DNA of 64,000 bases from Blastocatellia bacterium (GCA_035560235.1 DATMAG010000113.1:13209-77208); one strand, 5' to 3'. Positions 9,224 to 20,608 are shown, numbered from the stretch's first letter. Notes: generated from the letters alone by a model not told the origin. Translations and numbers: made by a program.

Positions 9224-10975
9224 ATGGTCTGGTTGTCTCGAAAGCGAATCATCGTTGCTCTGTGTGCCATTCTGCTGCTCGTGGCGGGCGGGTGGATGTA
9301 CAGCCAGCGTGTCGAGCGGGTGCCGATGGAAATCTATGTGCCTGAATCGGCGCTGGGTTACATCGAACTGAATGACCTGCCGCAACTGCTCGATCATTTC
9401 ACCTCAACGACTGCGTGGCAGAAACTCGCGCCCGCTTACGGCCTGCCCGACCGGCTGAATTATCTGGGCAAGGCCGGAGCGCTGACGCGCTGGACGGGCC
9501 TCGGTCCCGGCGAATCAGTCGTGTTGTCACGCGCGCAGATTGCCGTCGCCGTGACCGGCATCGAAGTGCGCGGCGAAGAGGTCAGGCCGCGGTGGGCCGT
9601 CCTCGCTGAAACTCACACGAGCGAGGGCCGTCTGCGTTCAGTGATCGAAGAGCGTCTGCCACAGCTGGCCGCGCGTGTTTACGGCAAACCGGTCGGAGAG
9701 GCGACCGAATATATGGGCGTGCCGATCACTGTCTGGCGCGCGCCGGAAGGCGAACGCCGGTTATTGTCCGCGCAGATGGGCAGTCTGTGGATTGTCGCCA
9801 ATCATCCTGATTCGCTGCGCTCGTGCATCGAAACGCGCCTGGGCCGCTCGCCTTCGATGGCGAACAGCAATTTTTTTCTGAAGACGGCGCGGCCACTGGT
9901 TGACGGCAAAGGCGGCGACGATAATCTTTTTGCATTCGTCAGCGGGCAGGGGGTCGTGCGACTGATGCAGTTCGCGACCAGCCTCGTCGTCGGCAGGGTT
10001 GCCAGCGCCACACCGTTTGCGGGCGCGCTCGAAGGCCTGCTGGCTGATATTTCATCGCGCACGGTTGATGGCGCGGCTTACAGCGCCAGCTTTGAAGACG
10101 GCGTCATCGTGAATCGTTATGCGCTGCTCTGCAAACCGGCGCTCGTGGACAAGCTGAAGGCTTCGGTCGTGACCACTGACAACGGCAGTCAGAAAGATGA
10201 ACTGCGCGTGCTGCAACTGACTCCGCCCGCAATTAAGGACGTCACCATCATCAGTGTCGAAAACCCCGTGCGCGCCCTCGACGGACTTGAGCTTGCCATC
10301 TCCTCACAACTCGGCACCGGACAGAGTTTCATTCTGCATCGCATCTTTCTGGGCGCGCGTGAAGCGCTGTTCGGCCTCAAGCCGAATGAAAACCCGGCTC
10401 CGGCTTTCGGCAGCGAGATCGCTTCGATCAGCTTCAGTGACAACATCTCCGACCGCGTGCTGCTGATTGCGGCGCGTGACCGCGGCCTGCTGCAGGGGTT
10501 TGCCGAAAAGTTTCTGTCCACGAGCGGGGCGACCATTGCCCGGCAGAAATATCGTGATGTGGAACTGATGGTTTCAAGCAGTGCGCGGCGTGGTGTCGGA
10601 GCCTTCATCGGTGATTTTCTGGCGCTCGGCGGACTGCCGCAGGTCAGACACCTGATTGACGCGCACCGGCAGGGCCAGTCACTCGTCAAAACCGAACCCT
10701 TCGCCAGCGCGAGCAGGCCCGATCAGCCCGCCGCCATTCTCAGCTTTTCATCAGTCAGGGAAGAGACAGCAGAGATGATGGAGGCGCTCTCGCGGAGGTT
10801 TACTGGGAAGGCGGGCGGCAACGACACTGCAATGATCACTGCGCTCGAAAGCCTGCCGCTCGCGGCCAGCGCGACCTCGATCAATGATTACGGGCTTTAC
10901 ATCGAATCGCACGCGCCGCTCGGCAACTTTCCACTCATCGTCTCGCTGCTCGATGAAACGGGCCGGAAACCTTAG
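9224..10975 (+). CDS. membrane-anchored hypothetical protein (DUF3352-like, tentative)
   Basis: ORF 9206..10975. ATG 9224 gives MVWLSRKRIIVALCAILLLVAGGWMY (N-terminal TM anchor), followed by a large soluble domain with coding-like composition. The family assignment is from memory only. Confidence 0.45.
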   Translation: MVWLSRKRIIVALCAILLLVAGGWMYSQRVERVPMEIYVPESALGYIELNDLPQLLDHFTSTTAWQKLAPAYGLPDRLNYLGKAGALTRWTGLGPGESVVLSRAQIAVAVTGIEVRGEEVRPRWAVLAETHTSEGRLRSVIEERLPQLAARVYGKPVGEATEYMGVPITVWRAPEGERRLLSAQMGSLWIVANHPDSLRSCIETRLGRSPSMANSNFFLKTARPLVDGKGGDDNLFAFVSGQGVVRLMQFATSLVVGRVASATPFAGALEGLLADISSRTVDGAAYSASFEDGVIVNRYALLCKPALVDKLKASVVTTDNGSQKDELRVLQLTPPAIKDVTIISVENPVRALDGLELAISSQLGTGQSFILHRIFLGAREALFGLKPNENPAPAFGSEIASISFSDNISDRVLLIAARDRGLLQGFAEKFLSTSGATIARQKYRDVELMVSSSARRGVGAFIGDFLALGGLPQVRHLIDAHRQGQSLVKTEPFASASRPDQPAAILSFSSVREETAEMMEALSRRFTGKAGGNDTAMITALESLPLAASATSINDYGLYIESHAPLGNFPLIVSLLDETGRKP

Positions 10976-11044
10976 CCTGGAATTCAGATCAACACACGAG
11001 TCCGGCAGATCGCGCAACTCTCTCTCTGCTTGATCAGTCAGAGA

Positions 11045-11242
11045 TCAGGTGAGCACACCGTCAGGCCCGATGTGCCCGGGCAGTCTGCATTCGTCGAGAA
11101 AAGTCGCTTCGTCAGATTCCTGTTCGGGATCCTGAAGGAAGCAGACGTTGTTTTCGAGCCGGAACGGCGCCGGAATGCGGGCGGGGATTTCAGCGATGCG
11201 CGGCTGTCGCAGTTCGATTGAACTGCCTGATCGTAGTGGCAT
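11045..11242 (-). CDS. possible small hypothetical protein (65 aa)
   Basis: This is the only ORF in the 408-bp gap 10976-11383. It has a GAAAGG about 9 nt upstream of the ATG and moderately GC-rich third positions. I recognise no family. Confidence 0.2.
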   Translation of the reverse strand: MPLRSGSSIELRQPRIAEIPARIPAPFRLENNVCFLQDPEQESDEATFLDECRLPGHIGPDGVLT

Positions 11243-11383
11243 TCACATTTGCCTTTCTGCGTTTCCTCGTCACCCTTTGTGCCGCTTCGTGGATGAACTG
11301 TTTCTCTCAGTGCTATAGTTCGCGCCTGAACCGTTGATCGAAGCGCGATCCTGCATCAACCAGACCCGGCGCATCACACAGGA

Positions 11384-14300
11384 ATGAAAAAAGGATTGAT
11401 CTATCTGTTGCCCTGCCTGTGGCTGATCCTGACGCTTCAGCCTGTCTCCGCGCAGCCTGCGACAAAAGCCCGGACAATTACGCTCGAAGAACCCACAGGC
11501 ATTTACCGCCGCGACAATGAAGTCGTCACCGTGGTGTTGAACTTTGCCAGCGGCGAAGCGCGCAAAGAACAGTTGCGCGTCCTCGCTCCTGATGGTCGTG
11601 AAATCGTGTCACAGATTGGCGTCACTGAAACTCATCCTGACGGTTCGATCAGAACTGCGGAACTGATGTTTCAGGCGACGCTGATTCCAGGTGAGCGGCC
11701 TCAGTATCGTTTGCTCGCTGAGTCACCGGCGCTACAGCCTGCGACATCAGTCATCACTGCGCGGCGCGTCGGTGTCGGACGCATGGAGATGGCGAATGAT
11801 CGTTTTGGCGTGCTGCTGAACCTGGGGCTTGAAAATACTGAACCTGCGCTCATCGCGGCTTACAACAAGACAGCCGGTGAACAGCGGATGCTCAATCTGA
11901 TTGACGTTTCGCCTGATGTGAACGAGCCGCTGAAGCAGGGCAAAAAGAGCGCGGGCTTCGGCACCTTTCTCAATTCACAGTCACACCGCGGCGCATTCGA
12001 TCAGGTCGAAATTATCGAAGCCGGGCCGTTGCGCGCCCGCGTCAGACTGAGCGGCGCGCGCCTCGGCGGTCAGCGCGAAACGTGGGAGTTTGTCTGGTAC
12101 GCCGGAAGCCCTGTGCTGCGCTGGAAGTCTTCGCTCAGTGAACCCGCCGCGTCGTATGGTTTCTTTTTCAGCTCGGTTTCGGCTTCGCCTTACGAACCGT
12201 TTGATCGCTGGATGGAAGGCAGCGAGCAGGTCAAATTCCCTGACGGCTGGGAAACGGCCAACCCGCCCGATCACGCGATTGCGCCGCAGGATTTCGCTGA
12301 TCTGCCGGGCCGTCATCTGGTCTATTACCAGCGCCGGGAAAATTACGGCGCGCTCGGTTTTTATGAACTCGATCAGGCGCTTGAATGGAAAGGCGTCGGA
12401 GCGCGGCAGTTTTATGCAGTTGCGCCGGGCAATGACAAATCATCGGTTGAAATCGCGCTCGCCTTTCCGCGCTGGAAGGGAACCGAAACGGTGCTGGAAG
12501 CGCGGCGCGAATACCGCTGCTTTATGCAGCCCGTGTTGTCAGTGGTCAGCGGTCAGTGGTCAGCGGTCAGTGGTGAAGGGAAGAAGGCTGAGCCATCGAA
12601 TCAGGTCAGAGTAAGTGTGCGACCAGCGGCTGAATTGAAGCGTGAGGCGAACGAAGCAGTTTTCAGTCTCAGTCTCAACGGTGACTGGAAGCTGAAGGAT
12701 GCTGAAAAATCAGCAGGCGAACAGCAGGGCTTTGAGCGCGCTGATTTCGATGATTCAGCGTGGCGCACCGTGCAGGTGCCGGGCACAGTTCACACGCAGA
12801 TTCTGGCCGCGCCGAAATATTTCACGCGTGAGGCCGAATGGATCAGCGAGAGGGAATGGTGGTACCGCCGCAGCTTCAATGTGCCGCCCGCCGCGCGCGG
12901 CAAAAGACTGTGGCTGCAGTTTGACGCGACCGATTATTACGCTGACATTTATCTCAACGGCGAACTGCTCGGACGACACGAAGGTTACATTGATCCTTAC
13001 GCTTTTGACGTAACGGACAAACTGAAGCCTGAGGTTCGGAACGCGCTGGCCGTGCGCGTCTGGACTCCGGTCAGTTATTACTGGCGTCATCGTCCGTACA
13101 CGATCAAAGGCTCATACGGCGCGGTTGATCAGAAGCCGGACAACATCACGCCGCTCGGCATCACGCGCCCTGTTCGTTTGATTGCAGGCGGGCCGGTGAC
13201 GATTCGTGATCTTGCTGTTGACACGCGGCTCAATCGTGACGGCAGCGCAGACGTAATCGTTGAGCTTGAACTCGATGCCGGGCGCGAAGCGCAGCAGGCA
13301 GACGTGACGCTCGCGCTTGCGCCGCGCAACTTTGACGCGCCGACCGGACTTGAACTCAGGGCCGCAGTCAGACTTTCACCGGGTCAGCAGACGCAGCGGT
13401 TCACGCTGCACGTTGAAAAACCTGAACTGTGGTGGACGTGGGATCACGGCAAGCCGAACCTGTACACGCTCAGCGCCCGCGTCAGCAGCGGCGATGCGCT
13501 CTCGGACGCGCGTTCGCTGGCAGTTGGCATCCGCGAAATTGAACACGTGGACTGGAAGTTTTATCTCAACGGCAAACGAATGTTCATTCGCGGGACGAAC
13601 TCTTATTACAACCTCTTTCTCTCTGAGATGCGGCGCCGCGATTACGAGCGCGACATCGGGCTGATGCGCGCCATGAACGTGAATATGATCCGGCTGCACT
13701 GTCATTTCAGCAATCCTGAGTTTTACGATCTGTGCGATGAACAGGGCATTCTGATCTGGCAGGACTTTCTGGAAGCGTGGTATCCCGAAGATCGCGCCTT
13801 TGCGCTCAGGGCCGCTGCGCTTTACGACCCGCATATTCGTTACGCGCGCAATCATCCGTCAGTGGCTTTATGGGCGACGAGCGATGAAGAGTCGCTCGAA
13901 AATTACCGCGTGCTGACCAAACATCTCGAACCGCGTCTGTACGTCAGCGACCCGCAGCGCCGCCCGGTTGTGCGTTCGACGGGGCGTTATGGCGATGGTC
14001 ACATCTATCACGGCTGGTATGAGGGCACGATCTGGGAATACGCGCAGATGAATGAGAAGTTTGTTTCAGAACTCGGCGCGACGGCGCTGCCGAGTTACGA
14101 GAGCCTGATGAAGTTTCTGCCACAGCACTGGCCGATCAAGGATCACGAAGAGGACTGGATCTTTCACAAGCTGCAAATTCCCGAGGCGATGCGCGCGTGG
14201 GGTGAGCCGGGCAATCTGACCCTGCAGGAGTACATTCCGCAGACGCAGGCTTACGTGGCGCGCCTGTTTCAGCTTGCAATCGAACGCATGCGGCGGCTGA

Positions 14301-14779
14301 AGTACAGAGAAGCGGGCGGCATTCTGCATTTTCATGCGATAGACATCTGGCCTTCGGTGACGATGGCCGCGCTCGATTATTACCGTCAGCCGACGAAGGC
14401 ATATTTCACCGTGCAGCGTTCATTTCAGATGGTGCTGCCATCGTTCGCTTACGACCGCGACAAATGGACGCAGGGCGAGACGGTGAAAACCGAACTGTGG
14501 CTGATCAACGATCACTGGTTCGCTGTGCCTGACGCGGCGGTGTCGTGGCGACTTGTGAACAGCAAAGGGCAGGTCGTCAGTTCCGGCAATGCGCCTGGCA
14601 AAGTCACGCTTGCGGCTGATTCATCGGTGAAGCTGATGGAGGTCAGTTTCGCGGCGGGCGAACCCGGCGCTTATGTGTTGTGGGCGACGATTAAGGACAA
14701 GTCAGGCAGAACAGTGGCCGAGAATAATTACGAATTTACCGTCACAGAGACAAACCGTAAGACTGACAATCCGCGCTGA
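11384..14779 (+). CDS. glycoside hydrolase family 2 protein with about 390-aa N-terminal extension
   Basis: 1131 aa with the signal peptide [23 protein letters not shown]. The GH2 sugar-binding module is [65 protein letters not shown]. The TIM-barrel part is [46 protein letters not shown]. Confidence 0.8.
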   Translation: MKKGLIYLLPCLWLILTLQPVSAQPATKARTITLEEPTGIYRRDNEVVTVVLNFASGEARKEQLRVLAPDGREIVSQIGVTETHPDGSIRTAELMFQATLIPGERPQYRLLAESPALQPATSVITARRVGVGRMEMANDRFGVLLNLGLENTEPALIAAYNKTAGEQRMLNLIDVSPDVNEPLKQGKKSAGFGTFLNSQSHRGAFDQVEIIEAGPLRARVRLSGARLGGQRETWEFVWYAGSPVLRWKSSLSEPAASYGFFFSSVSASPYEPFDRWMEGSEQVKFPDGWETANPPDHAIAPQDFADLPGRHLVYYQRRENYGALGFYELDQALEWKGVGARQFYAVAPGNDKSSVEIALAFPRWKGTETVLEARREYRCFMQPVLSVVSGQWSAVSGEGKKAEPSNQVRVSVRPAAELKREANEAVFSLSLNGDWKLKDAEKSAGEQQGFERADFDDSAWRTVQVPGTVHTQILAAPKYFTREAEWISEREWWYRRSFNVPPAARGKRLWLQFDATDYYADIYLNGELLGRHEGYIDPYAFDVTDKLKPEVRNALAVRVWTPVSYYWRHRPYTIKGSYGAVDQKPDNITPLGITRPVRLIAGGPVTIRDLAVDTRLNRDGSADVIVELELDAGREAQQADVTLALAPRNFDAPTGLELRAAVRLSPGQQTQRFTLHVEKPELWWTWDHGKPNLYTLSARVSSGDALSDARSLAVGIREIEHVDWKFYLNGKRMFIRGTNSYYNLFLSEMRRRDYERDIGLMRAMNVNMIRLHCHFSNPEFYDLCDEQGILIWQDFLEAWYPEDRAFALRAAALYDPHIRYARNHPSVALWATSDEESLENYRVLTKHLEPRLYVSDPQRRPVVRSTGRYGDGHIYHGWYEGTIWEYAQMNEKFVSELGATALPSYESLMKFLPQHWPIKDHEEDWIFHKLQIPEAMRAWGEPGNLTLQEYIPQTQAYVARLFQLAIERMRRLKYREAGGILHFHAIDIWPSVTMAALDYYRQPTKAYFTVQRSFQMVLPSFAYDRDKWTQGETVKTELWLINDHWFAVPDAAVSWRLVNSKGQVVSSGNAPGKVTLAADSSVKLMEVSFAAGEPGAYVLWATIKDKSGRTVAENNYEFTVTETNRKTDNPR

Positions 14780-14807
14780 CGCTGTGCGTCCCACGACTGC
14801 GTTCCGC

Positions 14808-14894
14808 CAGGAATGGAACACGGAGAGAACAAATGCGGCAGATGAAAGCGGAGTTTTGCTTCGTCGCATCAGTGTCATCCGTGTTCCATTCCTG
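14808..14894. repeat. 17-bp perfect inverted repeat with 53-nt spacer (long hairpin) downstream of the GH2 gene
   Basis: CAGGAATGGAACACGGA (14808-14824) is the exact reverse complement of TCCGTGTTCCATTCCTG (14878-14894). Confidence 0.6.
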
Positions 14895-15211
14895 CTTGAG
14901 ACGAGTGCCCGGCTGATGAGGAGAGTTATGTTCATTTAACATTAAGTGCGTTGACTCTGTTCTGTCTCCTCCATAATCTGCGCCTGTTCGACCCTCAGAA
15001 TAAAATGTGCTGCTGCCGGTTTCGGATGCCACGCTCACAAAGCCGAAACTCAGGCGATCAACTGCCGCTTCTCCTCACGGCAATCTTCTTCTGCTTTCTC
15101 CCCTGAGCTGCTGCGTCATCAGTGACGGCTCATTCGAACTCTCCCCGCCAGCAAACCAGAAAGTGCCCCTGAGGACTCATCCGGCACTCGTCGGAGAGGG
15201 AGGACAAGTGT

Positions 15212-17779
15212 ATGCACAAGACGGCAGCAACCATGCTCTTCTGCCTGCTGATAATTGTCTCCGGTCTGGCGTGGCACTCACGGGCTTCAGCCGCATTCGA
15301 GCCGCAGGCGACGCCAAAGCCACTGCCCTGCGATTGCAACAATCAGAAAAAGATCACCATCTGTCACAGGCCGCCGGGCAATCCGCAGAACGCGCTGACG
15401 CTGGAAATAGCCTGTGATGGTCAGAACGGTCACAAAAATCATGAGCAGGATTACTGCGGCCCGTGCCAGGCCGTTTCAGCAGCCACGCCGACTCCGGCGA
15501 CCTGTCTCGAACGGAACTTCACGGCTCCGGCAGTGACGCACGGCGTATCGGCGGCGGATGATCTCTTTGCTTTGTCGCAGCCGCTTTCGTTCACGATTGT
15601 TTCGCCGTCAATGACCGGCGCTGATATTTTCAATGTCACGGCGGCTTCGTCAGGCAGTCCGGGGACATTCGGCCTGCCGGTTTCAAATGCGACGACGGGC
15701 GCGGGGGTCGGGTTTATTTCAACGGCGAATGCTCAGGGCTTCGGTTTCTCAACGGCTGGTGAACGGCTCGTGGCCGTCTCGTGTCTGGATAGTTTCTGGG
15801 ACATCAATTTCGTGATTGCCGGAACGGGCGCGACTGCCGGAGACACAGTGAGCCTGCTGATGCGCGCACCTGATGGCACGGTTGTGGCTGATGCGCTCGC
15901 GCAGTTCACCGTTGGCAACGGCAGCGTGACGCTCACGCACCTCGGAGCCGGAGTCAGTCTCTTTCTGAACAACCGGCTGGCGAATGGGGCGAATGCCGTG
16001 ACGCTGGCGAGTCCCAATGTGCCGTTTGTTTCGGCTCCGTCAGGCAGTACCTTTTCATTTCGCACGGGGGTGCTGACGCTGGCCCTGCCGATGGATCCGG
16101 GTTCACCCTTTCACGGTTGTCAGCAGTTTGCCGCGGTGATCGAACGCCCGAATGGAGCACCGGCGGGAACGACGGCGCTCGTGTTCACCGACATAGTGGT
16201 CAATCGTGACGATGCGACCACTGCAACCGGGACGGGGCTGCTGTCAGGCGGGAGCGGCGTCTTTCCGACCGCGCCGTTGTGTGAAGCGATCTGCCCGCCC
16301 TGCCCAGTTGTTTCCGGAGGCGGCGGTTGTCCGGTCAATGGCTTTACAGCTGCTTCGGTCACCCACGGCGCGGGCGGCGATCAGTTCCTGCTGTCCGACC
16401 CGCTGAATCTGACGCTGGTTTCATCGCCTTCCGGCAGCGGGATTGTGACGGTGCCGAACCTGATGCCGAATGCCACAACAGGCTTTCTGCCGGGCGTGAC
16501 CCCGCAGGGAATTGCGCTGGCGCAGCAGGGAACGGCACTGGCTCTCTCCTGTTCAGACAGTTTCTGGGATGTCAACTTTGTCATCCTGAGCACAGGCGCA
16601 ACGGGCGATCAGGCGCGGCTCTTCCTGCGCACGCCGGGCAGCAGCACCGATCTGTCGCTTGCGACGTTCACAGTGCAGGCGAACGGCGTGGTTGTGACTG
16701 ATCTCAGTTCCGATGTGACGCTCTTTCACAACAACCGGCTGGCCAATGGCGGACAACTCATTGAAGGCAGTCTGATCAGCACGCCGCCTGGCAGTCCCGG
16801 CATCAGTTCAGGTCTGCTGACTCTGTCGCTGATGGCTCCGGGCGGGCAATCGCTGAGCGGCTGTTATCAGCTCGGCCTTGAACTCAGCCGCGCCGGAAAC
16901 GCGACCGGGGTTACGGCAGTCATCATCGGTGATGTGGTGGTCAATCGCACTGCGGCTTCAACTTCGACGGGCACCGGGCTGATTTTCGGGACGACCGGAA
17001 GTTTCCCGACCGGTTTGCCCTGCAACCCGGTTTGTCCGGCTTGTCCCACCGGCACGCAACCGGCAAAGGTCGTCAATGTGTCAGCCGCGAGTTATCAGGG
17101 CGCGACGCTCGCCTGTGAAAGCATCGTGGCTGGTTTTGGTGATGGCCTGGCTGCATCGGTTCAGACGGCAGACACGCTGCCGCTGCCGACCACGCTCGCC
17201 GGAGTGAAAGTGAAGGTGAAGGACGCCGCCGGAACCGAACGCGCCGCGCCGCTCTTTTTCGTTTCGCCAAAACAGATCAACTATCAGCTTCCGCCCGGCA
17301 CAGCTCCAGGCGAAGCAACAATCACAATCGAAGGTGCAGGCCGGGCGACTGAAAGGATCAAAGTCGCGCCGGTCGCGCCGAGCCTGTTTACGGCCAATGC
17401 GACCGGCAACGGCGCGGCAGCGGCCTTTGTGTTGCGCGTCAAAGCCGACGGCTCGCAGCGCTTTGAGCCGGTGGTCGCCTTTGATCAGGCACAGAATAAA
17501 TTTGTGCCTGTCCCGATTGATCTCGGCCCGCCTTCAGATCAGGTCTTTCTGATTCTCTTCGGCACCGGCGTGCGTTTCTGTCAGTCGAACAGATCTGCCA
17601 CAGTGAAGATTGACGGCGAGACTGCCGAGGTGCTTTATCTCGGGCCGCAGGGACAGTTCGTTGGCCTTGATCAGATCAACGTCAGGCTTTCGCGCAATCT
17701 GATCGGACGCGGTGATGTCTCTCTTTCGCTGACTGCTGAAGGCCTGGTATCGAATACCGTCCGGCTGAAGATCAAATAA
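15212..17779 (+). CDS. large secreted protein: Cys-rich N-motif, 2 tandem copies of an unrecognised about 250-aa domain, Solibacter-type C-terminal domain
   Basis: 855 aa with the signal peptide [27 protein letters not shown]. The N-motif is [46 protein letters not shown]. Two internally homologous blocks cover aa 98-365 and 373-612. The C-terminal 240 aa (..[47 protein letters not shown]..) match what I recall as TIGR03437 (Soli_cterm). Confidence 0.7.
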   Translation: MHKTAATMLFCLLIIVSGLAWHSRASAAFEPQATPKPLPCDCNNQKKITICHRPPGNPQNALTLEIACDGQNGHKNHEQDYCGPCQAVSAATPTPATCLERNFTAPAVTHGVSAADDLFALSQPLSFTIVSPSMTGADIFNVTAASSGSPGTFGLPVSNATTGAGVGFISTANAQGFGFSTAGERLVAVSCLDSFWDINFVIAGTGATAGDTVSLLMRAPDGTVVADALAQFTVGNGSVTLTHLGAGVSLFLNNRLANGANAVTLASPNVPFVSAPSGSTFSFRTGVLTLALPMDPGSPFHGCQQFAAVIERPNGAPAGTTALVFTDIVVNRDDATTATGTGLLSGGSGVFPTAPLCEAICPPCPVVSGGGGCPVNGFTAASVTHGAGGDQFLLSDPLNLTLVSSPSGSGIVTVPNLMPNATTGFLPGVTPQGIALAQQGTALALSCSDSFWDVNFVILSTGATGDQARLFLRTPGSSTDLSLATFTVQANGVVVTDLSSDVTLFHNNRLANGGQLIEGSLISTPPGSPGISSGLLTLSLMAPGGQSLSGCYQLGLELSRAGNATGVTAVIIGDVVVNRTAASTSTGTGLIFGTTGSFPTGLPCNPVCPACPTGTQPAKVVNVSAASYQGATLACESIVAGFGDGLAASVQTADTLPLPTTLAGVKVKVKDAAGTERAAPLFFVSPKQINYQLPPGTAPGEATITIEGAGRATERIKVAPVAPSLFTANATGNGAAAAFVLRVKADGSQRFEPVVAFDQAQNKFVPVPIDLGPPSDQVFLILFGTGVRFCQSNRSATVKIDGETAEVLYLGPQGQFVGLDQINVRLSRNLIGRGDVSLSLTAEGLVSNTVRLKIK

Positions 17780-17801
17780 AAGCCGACAGCATTAGCGCGA
17801 A

Positions 17802-17860
17802 GAAGCAAAGAGCGCAAAGCTGATTCCTGATTTGCATGCTGACTTTGTGTTCTTTGCTTC
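17802..17860. terminator. long hairpin between convergent genes (probable bidirectional terminator)
   Basis: GAAGCAAAGAGCGCAAAG (17802-17819) pairs with CTTTGTGTTCTTTGCTTC (17843-17860). That is 18 bp, counting two G-U pairs, with a 23-nt loop. Confidence 0.5.
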
Positions 17861-17883
17861 TTTACCGGCTTGCTGCGTCACGC

Positions 17884-18669
17884 TTATCTGGCTGAAAGGT
17901 ACCTGCCCAGAAAGTCGGCTGTGCGATTGAGCGCGTCGTCTGCTGCCTGACCGGTGAGGCCGTGACCCTGTGAGGGATAGATTTTGATTTCATACGGCGT
18001 TTTGAGCGCCCTGACCTCGCGTTCGATCCGATAGGCTTCATCAACCGGAATCAGCGAGTCGTCTGCGCCGTGCAGAATCAGTACTGGCGGCAGTCGCTCG
18101 ATCATTCCACTGCCGAGCGAAGGATAAAACCCTGACAATTCAGCGACGGCTTTAATGCGTTCATCATGCGCGGCCAGTGACAGCGAAAGCGCGCCGCCCA
18201 GTGACACACCAGTCAACGCTATGCGCGCACTGTCCACGCCGGGCTGTGAGGCAGCGAAGCTGACTGCGTCAGCAACTGTCTCTCGCCAGAGCGCAAAGAA
18301 CTGCAGGATCGTCATCAGATCAGCCCTGCCGCTGCCGGTGCGTTCGAAATAGTGCGGAAAATAAACCACAAACCCGCGCGCCGCCAGCTGGCGCGCATAT
18401 TCGCGGTAGCGCGCATTCCAGACCGGCGACTGCAAACCGTCCGCTCCGTGAACCAGCACGACGGCTGGCTGCGGAATGTTTGAGTCAGATGAAAATCTTT
18501 CGATAGTGATACTGCGCGGCCCGCTCGTGTAATTCATCGTCGCGTGAGATACCGGTGATTTCAGTGCCGTGGTTCCGGCAGCCGGAACCGATGAAAGCGG
18601 CATCATCAGGGCCGCGATCAGCAGGGCCGACTGGCAGTGTCTGAATAATCCGCTGATCTTCATAAACAA
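17884..18669 (-). CDS. dienelactone hydrolase-family alpha/beta hydrolase (secreted)
   Basis: 261 aa with a signal peptide. The nucleophile elbow is GVSLGG. The fold order is VVLVHGADGL..., ILHGADDSLIP, YPSQGHG. Confidence 0.75.
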   Translation of the reverse strand: MFMKISGLFRHCQSALLIAALMMPLSSVPAAGTTALKSPVSHATMNYTSGPRSITIERFSSDSNIPQPAVVLVHGADGLQSPVWNARYREYARQLAARGFVVYFPHYFERTGSGRADLMTILQFFALWRETVADAVSFAASQPGVDSARIALTGVSLGGALSLSLAAHDERIKAVAELSGFYPSLGSGMIERLPPVLILHGADDSLIPVDEAYRIEREVRALKTPYEIKIYPSQGHGLTGQAADDALNRTADFLGRYLSAR

Positions 18670-18876
18670 AAAAATGAGCGCTGATTCAGAAAGTATTGGC
18701 TCTCTTCTCAGCGCTCTTCAGGAGGTTCACCCGTGACCCCTTTGATTCAGGGTGAGGGAATCGGGTTGTCTTTGCGAAAGGTGAATCTTTGCCAGGAGAT
18801 AATGACCTTTCAGGTTGATTCACTGAATATACTCAGGTATGAATGATGATCGCCGGAAGCAAAGGAATAAACTCAA

Positions 18877-20061
18877 ATGAACAGATTACTGAGCTGCGTC
18901 ATTATTCTGCCGCTGACACTGATTGCCGCATTCGCGCAGGTGCGCGAACTGCCTTCGCCAGCCGGAGCGGGCAGCGCGCAACCCAACCTCACAGTCTCGC
19001 CTGACGGACAGCAGGTTTATCTGAGCTGGATTGAAAGGCTGGGTGAAGGACGCTTCTCGCTTCGCTTTGCCGTGAAGGAAGGCGCAGGATGGTCAGCGCC
19101 GCGCGTCATAGCGGAAGGGACGAACTGGTTCGTCAACTGGGCGGACTTTCCTTCAATGGTTGTGCTGCCTGACGGCTCGCTGGCGGCTCACTGGCTGGTC
19201 AAAAGCGCGCCGGGGACGTTTGATTACGACGTGACAATTGCGCGGTCATTCGATGGTGGCAGGACGTGGAGTAAACCGTTCGTGCCGCACCGCGATGGTG
19301 TCAGGGCAGAACATGGTTTCGTTTCGCTCTTTGCCGCGCAGGACGGGGCACTTTCGGCAGTGTGGCTCGACGGGCGCGAAATGCAGCCCGGTTCGGGCGA
19401 TCACGGGCACGGCAACATGACCTTGCGTTACGTAAAAGTCAGACGCGATGGAACGCTGAGCGACGAGTCCGCGCTGGACAGAAGAGTATGTGAATGCTGT
19501 CAGACCTCAGCCGCGATGACCTCAGCCGGGCCGGTCGTAGTCTATCGCGACCGTTCGGAACAGGAGATTCGCGACATCGCAATCGTGCGGCTGCGGAATG
19601 GCAAATGGAGCGAGCCGCGTCCGGTCTTTCAGGACAACTGGCGGCTCGATGGCTGTCCGGTCAATGGCCCGGCAGTCGCGGCTTCGGGGCGGCGTGTGGC
19701 AGTGGCCTGGTACACAGCGGCAGGCAATACACCGCGTGTGAAACTGGTCTTCTCGAACGATGCAGGCGAAAGCTTCGGCGCGCCGGTCAGCGTGGACAGC
19801 GGCAATCCTGCCGGGCGCGTGGACGTGCTGCTGTTGAATGACGGCAGCGCGCTGGTGTGCTGGCTGGAAAGGCTGTCCGATGGTGGTGAAATTCGCGTGC
19901 GCCGCGTCAGGCCGGATGGCCGCAGCGATCAGGCCATCACGGTCTCCGCTTCCGGCACCGCCCGTTCGAACGGTTTTCCGCAAATGGCCCGCGCCGGAAA
20001 TACGCTGATCTTCGCCTGGACAGGCCCGCGCGTCCTCACAGCGATGATGCCGCTGCCCTGA
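18877..20061 (+). CDS. BNR/sialidase-like beta-propeller protein (secreted)
   Basis: 394 aa with a signal peptide. There is an Asp-box SFDGGRTW and a degenerate second box SNDAGESF, plus a repeated beta-strand-rich pattern. Confidence 0.65.
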   Translation: MNRLLSCVIILPLTLIAAFAQVRELPSPAGAGSAQPNLTVSPDGQQVYLSWIERLGEGRFSLRFAVKEGAGWSAPRVIAEGTNWFVNWADFPSMVVLPDGSLAAHWLVKSAPGTFDYDVTIARSFDGGRTWSKPFVPHRDGVRAEHGFVSLFAAQDGALSAVWLDGREMQPGSGDHGHGNMTLRYVKVRRDGTLSDESALDRRVCECCQTSAAMTSAGPVVVYRDRSEQEIRDIAIVRLRNGKWSEPRPVFQDNWRLDGCPVNGPAVAASGRRVAVAWYTAAGNTPRVKLVFSNDAGESFGAPVSVDSGNPAGRVDVLLLNDGSALVCWLERLSDGGEIRVRRVRPDGRSDQAITVSASGTARSNGFPQMARAGNTLIFAWTGPRVLTAMMPLP

Positions 20062-20131
20062 ATGTGCCAAATTTTACAGCAAACATAAGCAGAGAATGAA
20101 TTGAGGCAACCAGGAAGAAAGTGGTGAAGCA

Positions 20132-20608
20132 ATGCGCAAACGAATCATCAGGCGAGACACTGAGGAATCATTGAAAGCTGACCCTGCCTGGCTGGAGCTT
20201 GAACGTCTGGCAGAGGTGGAAGTCACCTCGGAAGACTCAGCACATCCGATCGAGACCGCCCTGATTCCGGGCTTCGGAGCAGGCTGGCAGGCTGCTGAGC
20301 CTGGCGAGCAGACGATTCGCCTGCTGTTCGATGAGCCGCAGGCCGTCAGGAAAATCAGCATTCGCTTCCGCGTCGATACCGGAGGCGCGCGCACCCAGGA
20401 ATTTGTGCTGAGCTGGGCAGGCCGCGACGGGCAGCCTGCCCATGAAATTGTGCGCCAGCAGTATAACTTCAGCCCGCCGGGGGTGACTGTGGAAGTTGAG
20501 GATTACAGCGTCAGGCTGGACGGGGTGAGCGTTCTGGAACTGAGAATCATTCCGGACATCAGTGGCAGCGATGCCTGCGCTTCACTTGAACAGTTGCGGA
20601 TAGCCTGA
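20132..20608 (+). CDS. hypothetical protein, discoidin/galactose-binding-like (tentative)
   Basis: 158 aa with no signal peptide. The fold call rests on ..GWQAAEPGEQTIRLLFDEPQAVRKISIRF.. and is weak. Confidence 0.4.
   Translation: MRKRIIRRDTEESLKADPAWLELERLAEVEVTSEDSAHPIETALIPGFGAGWQAAEPGEQTIRLLFDEPQAVRKISIRFRVDTGGARTQEFVLSWAGRDGQPAHEIVRQQYNFSPPGVTVEVEDYSVRLDGVSVLELRIIPDISGSDACASLEQLRIA

Noticed and set aside
12540-12574. Tandem repeats as a CRISPR array or minisatellite. I also checked the 21381-21404 duplication.
   Set aside because: The units are 7 and 12 nt with no spacers, one set lies inside a coding sequence, and no cas genes are present. These are not CRISPR.
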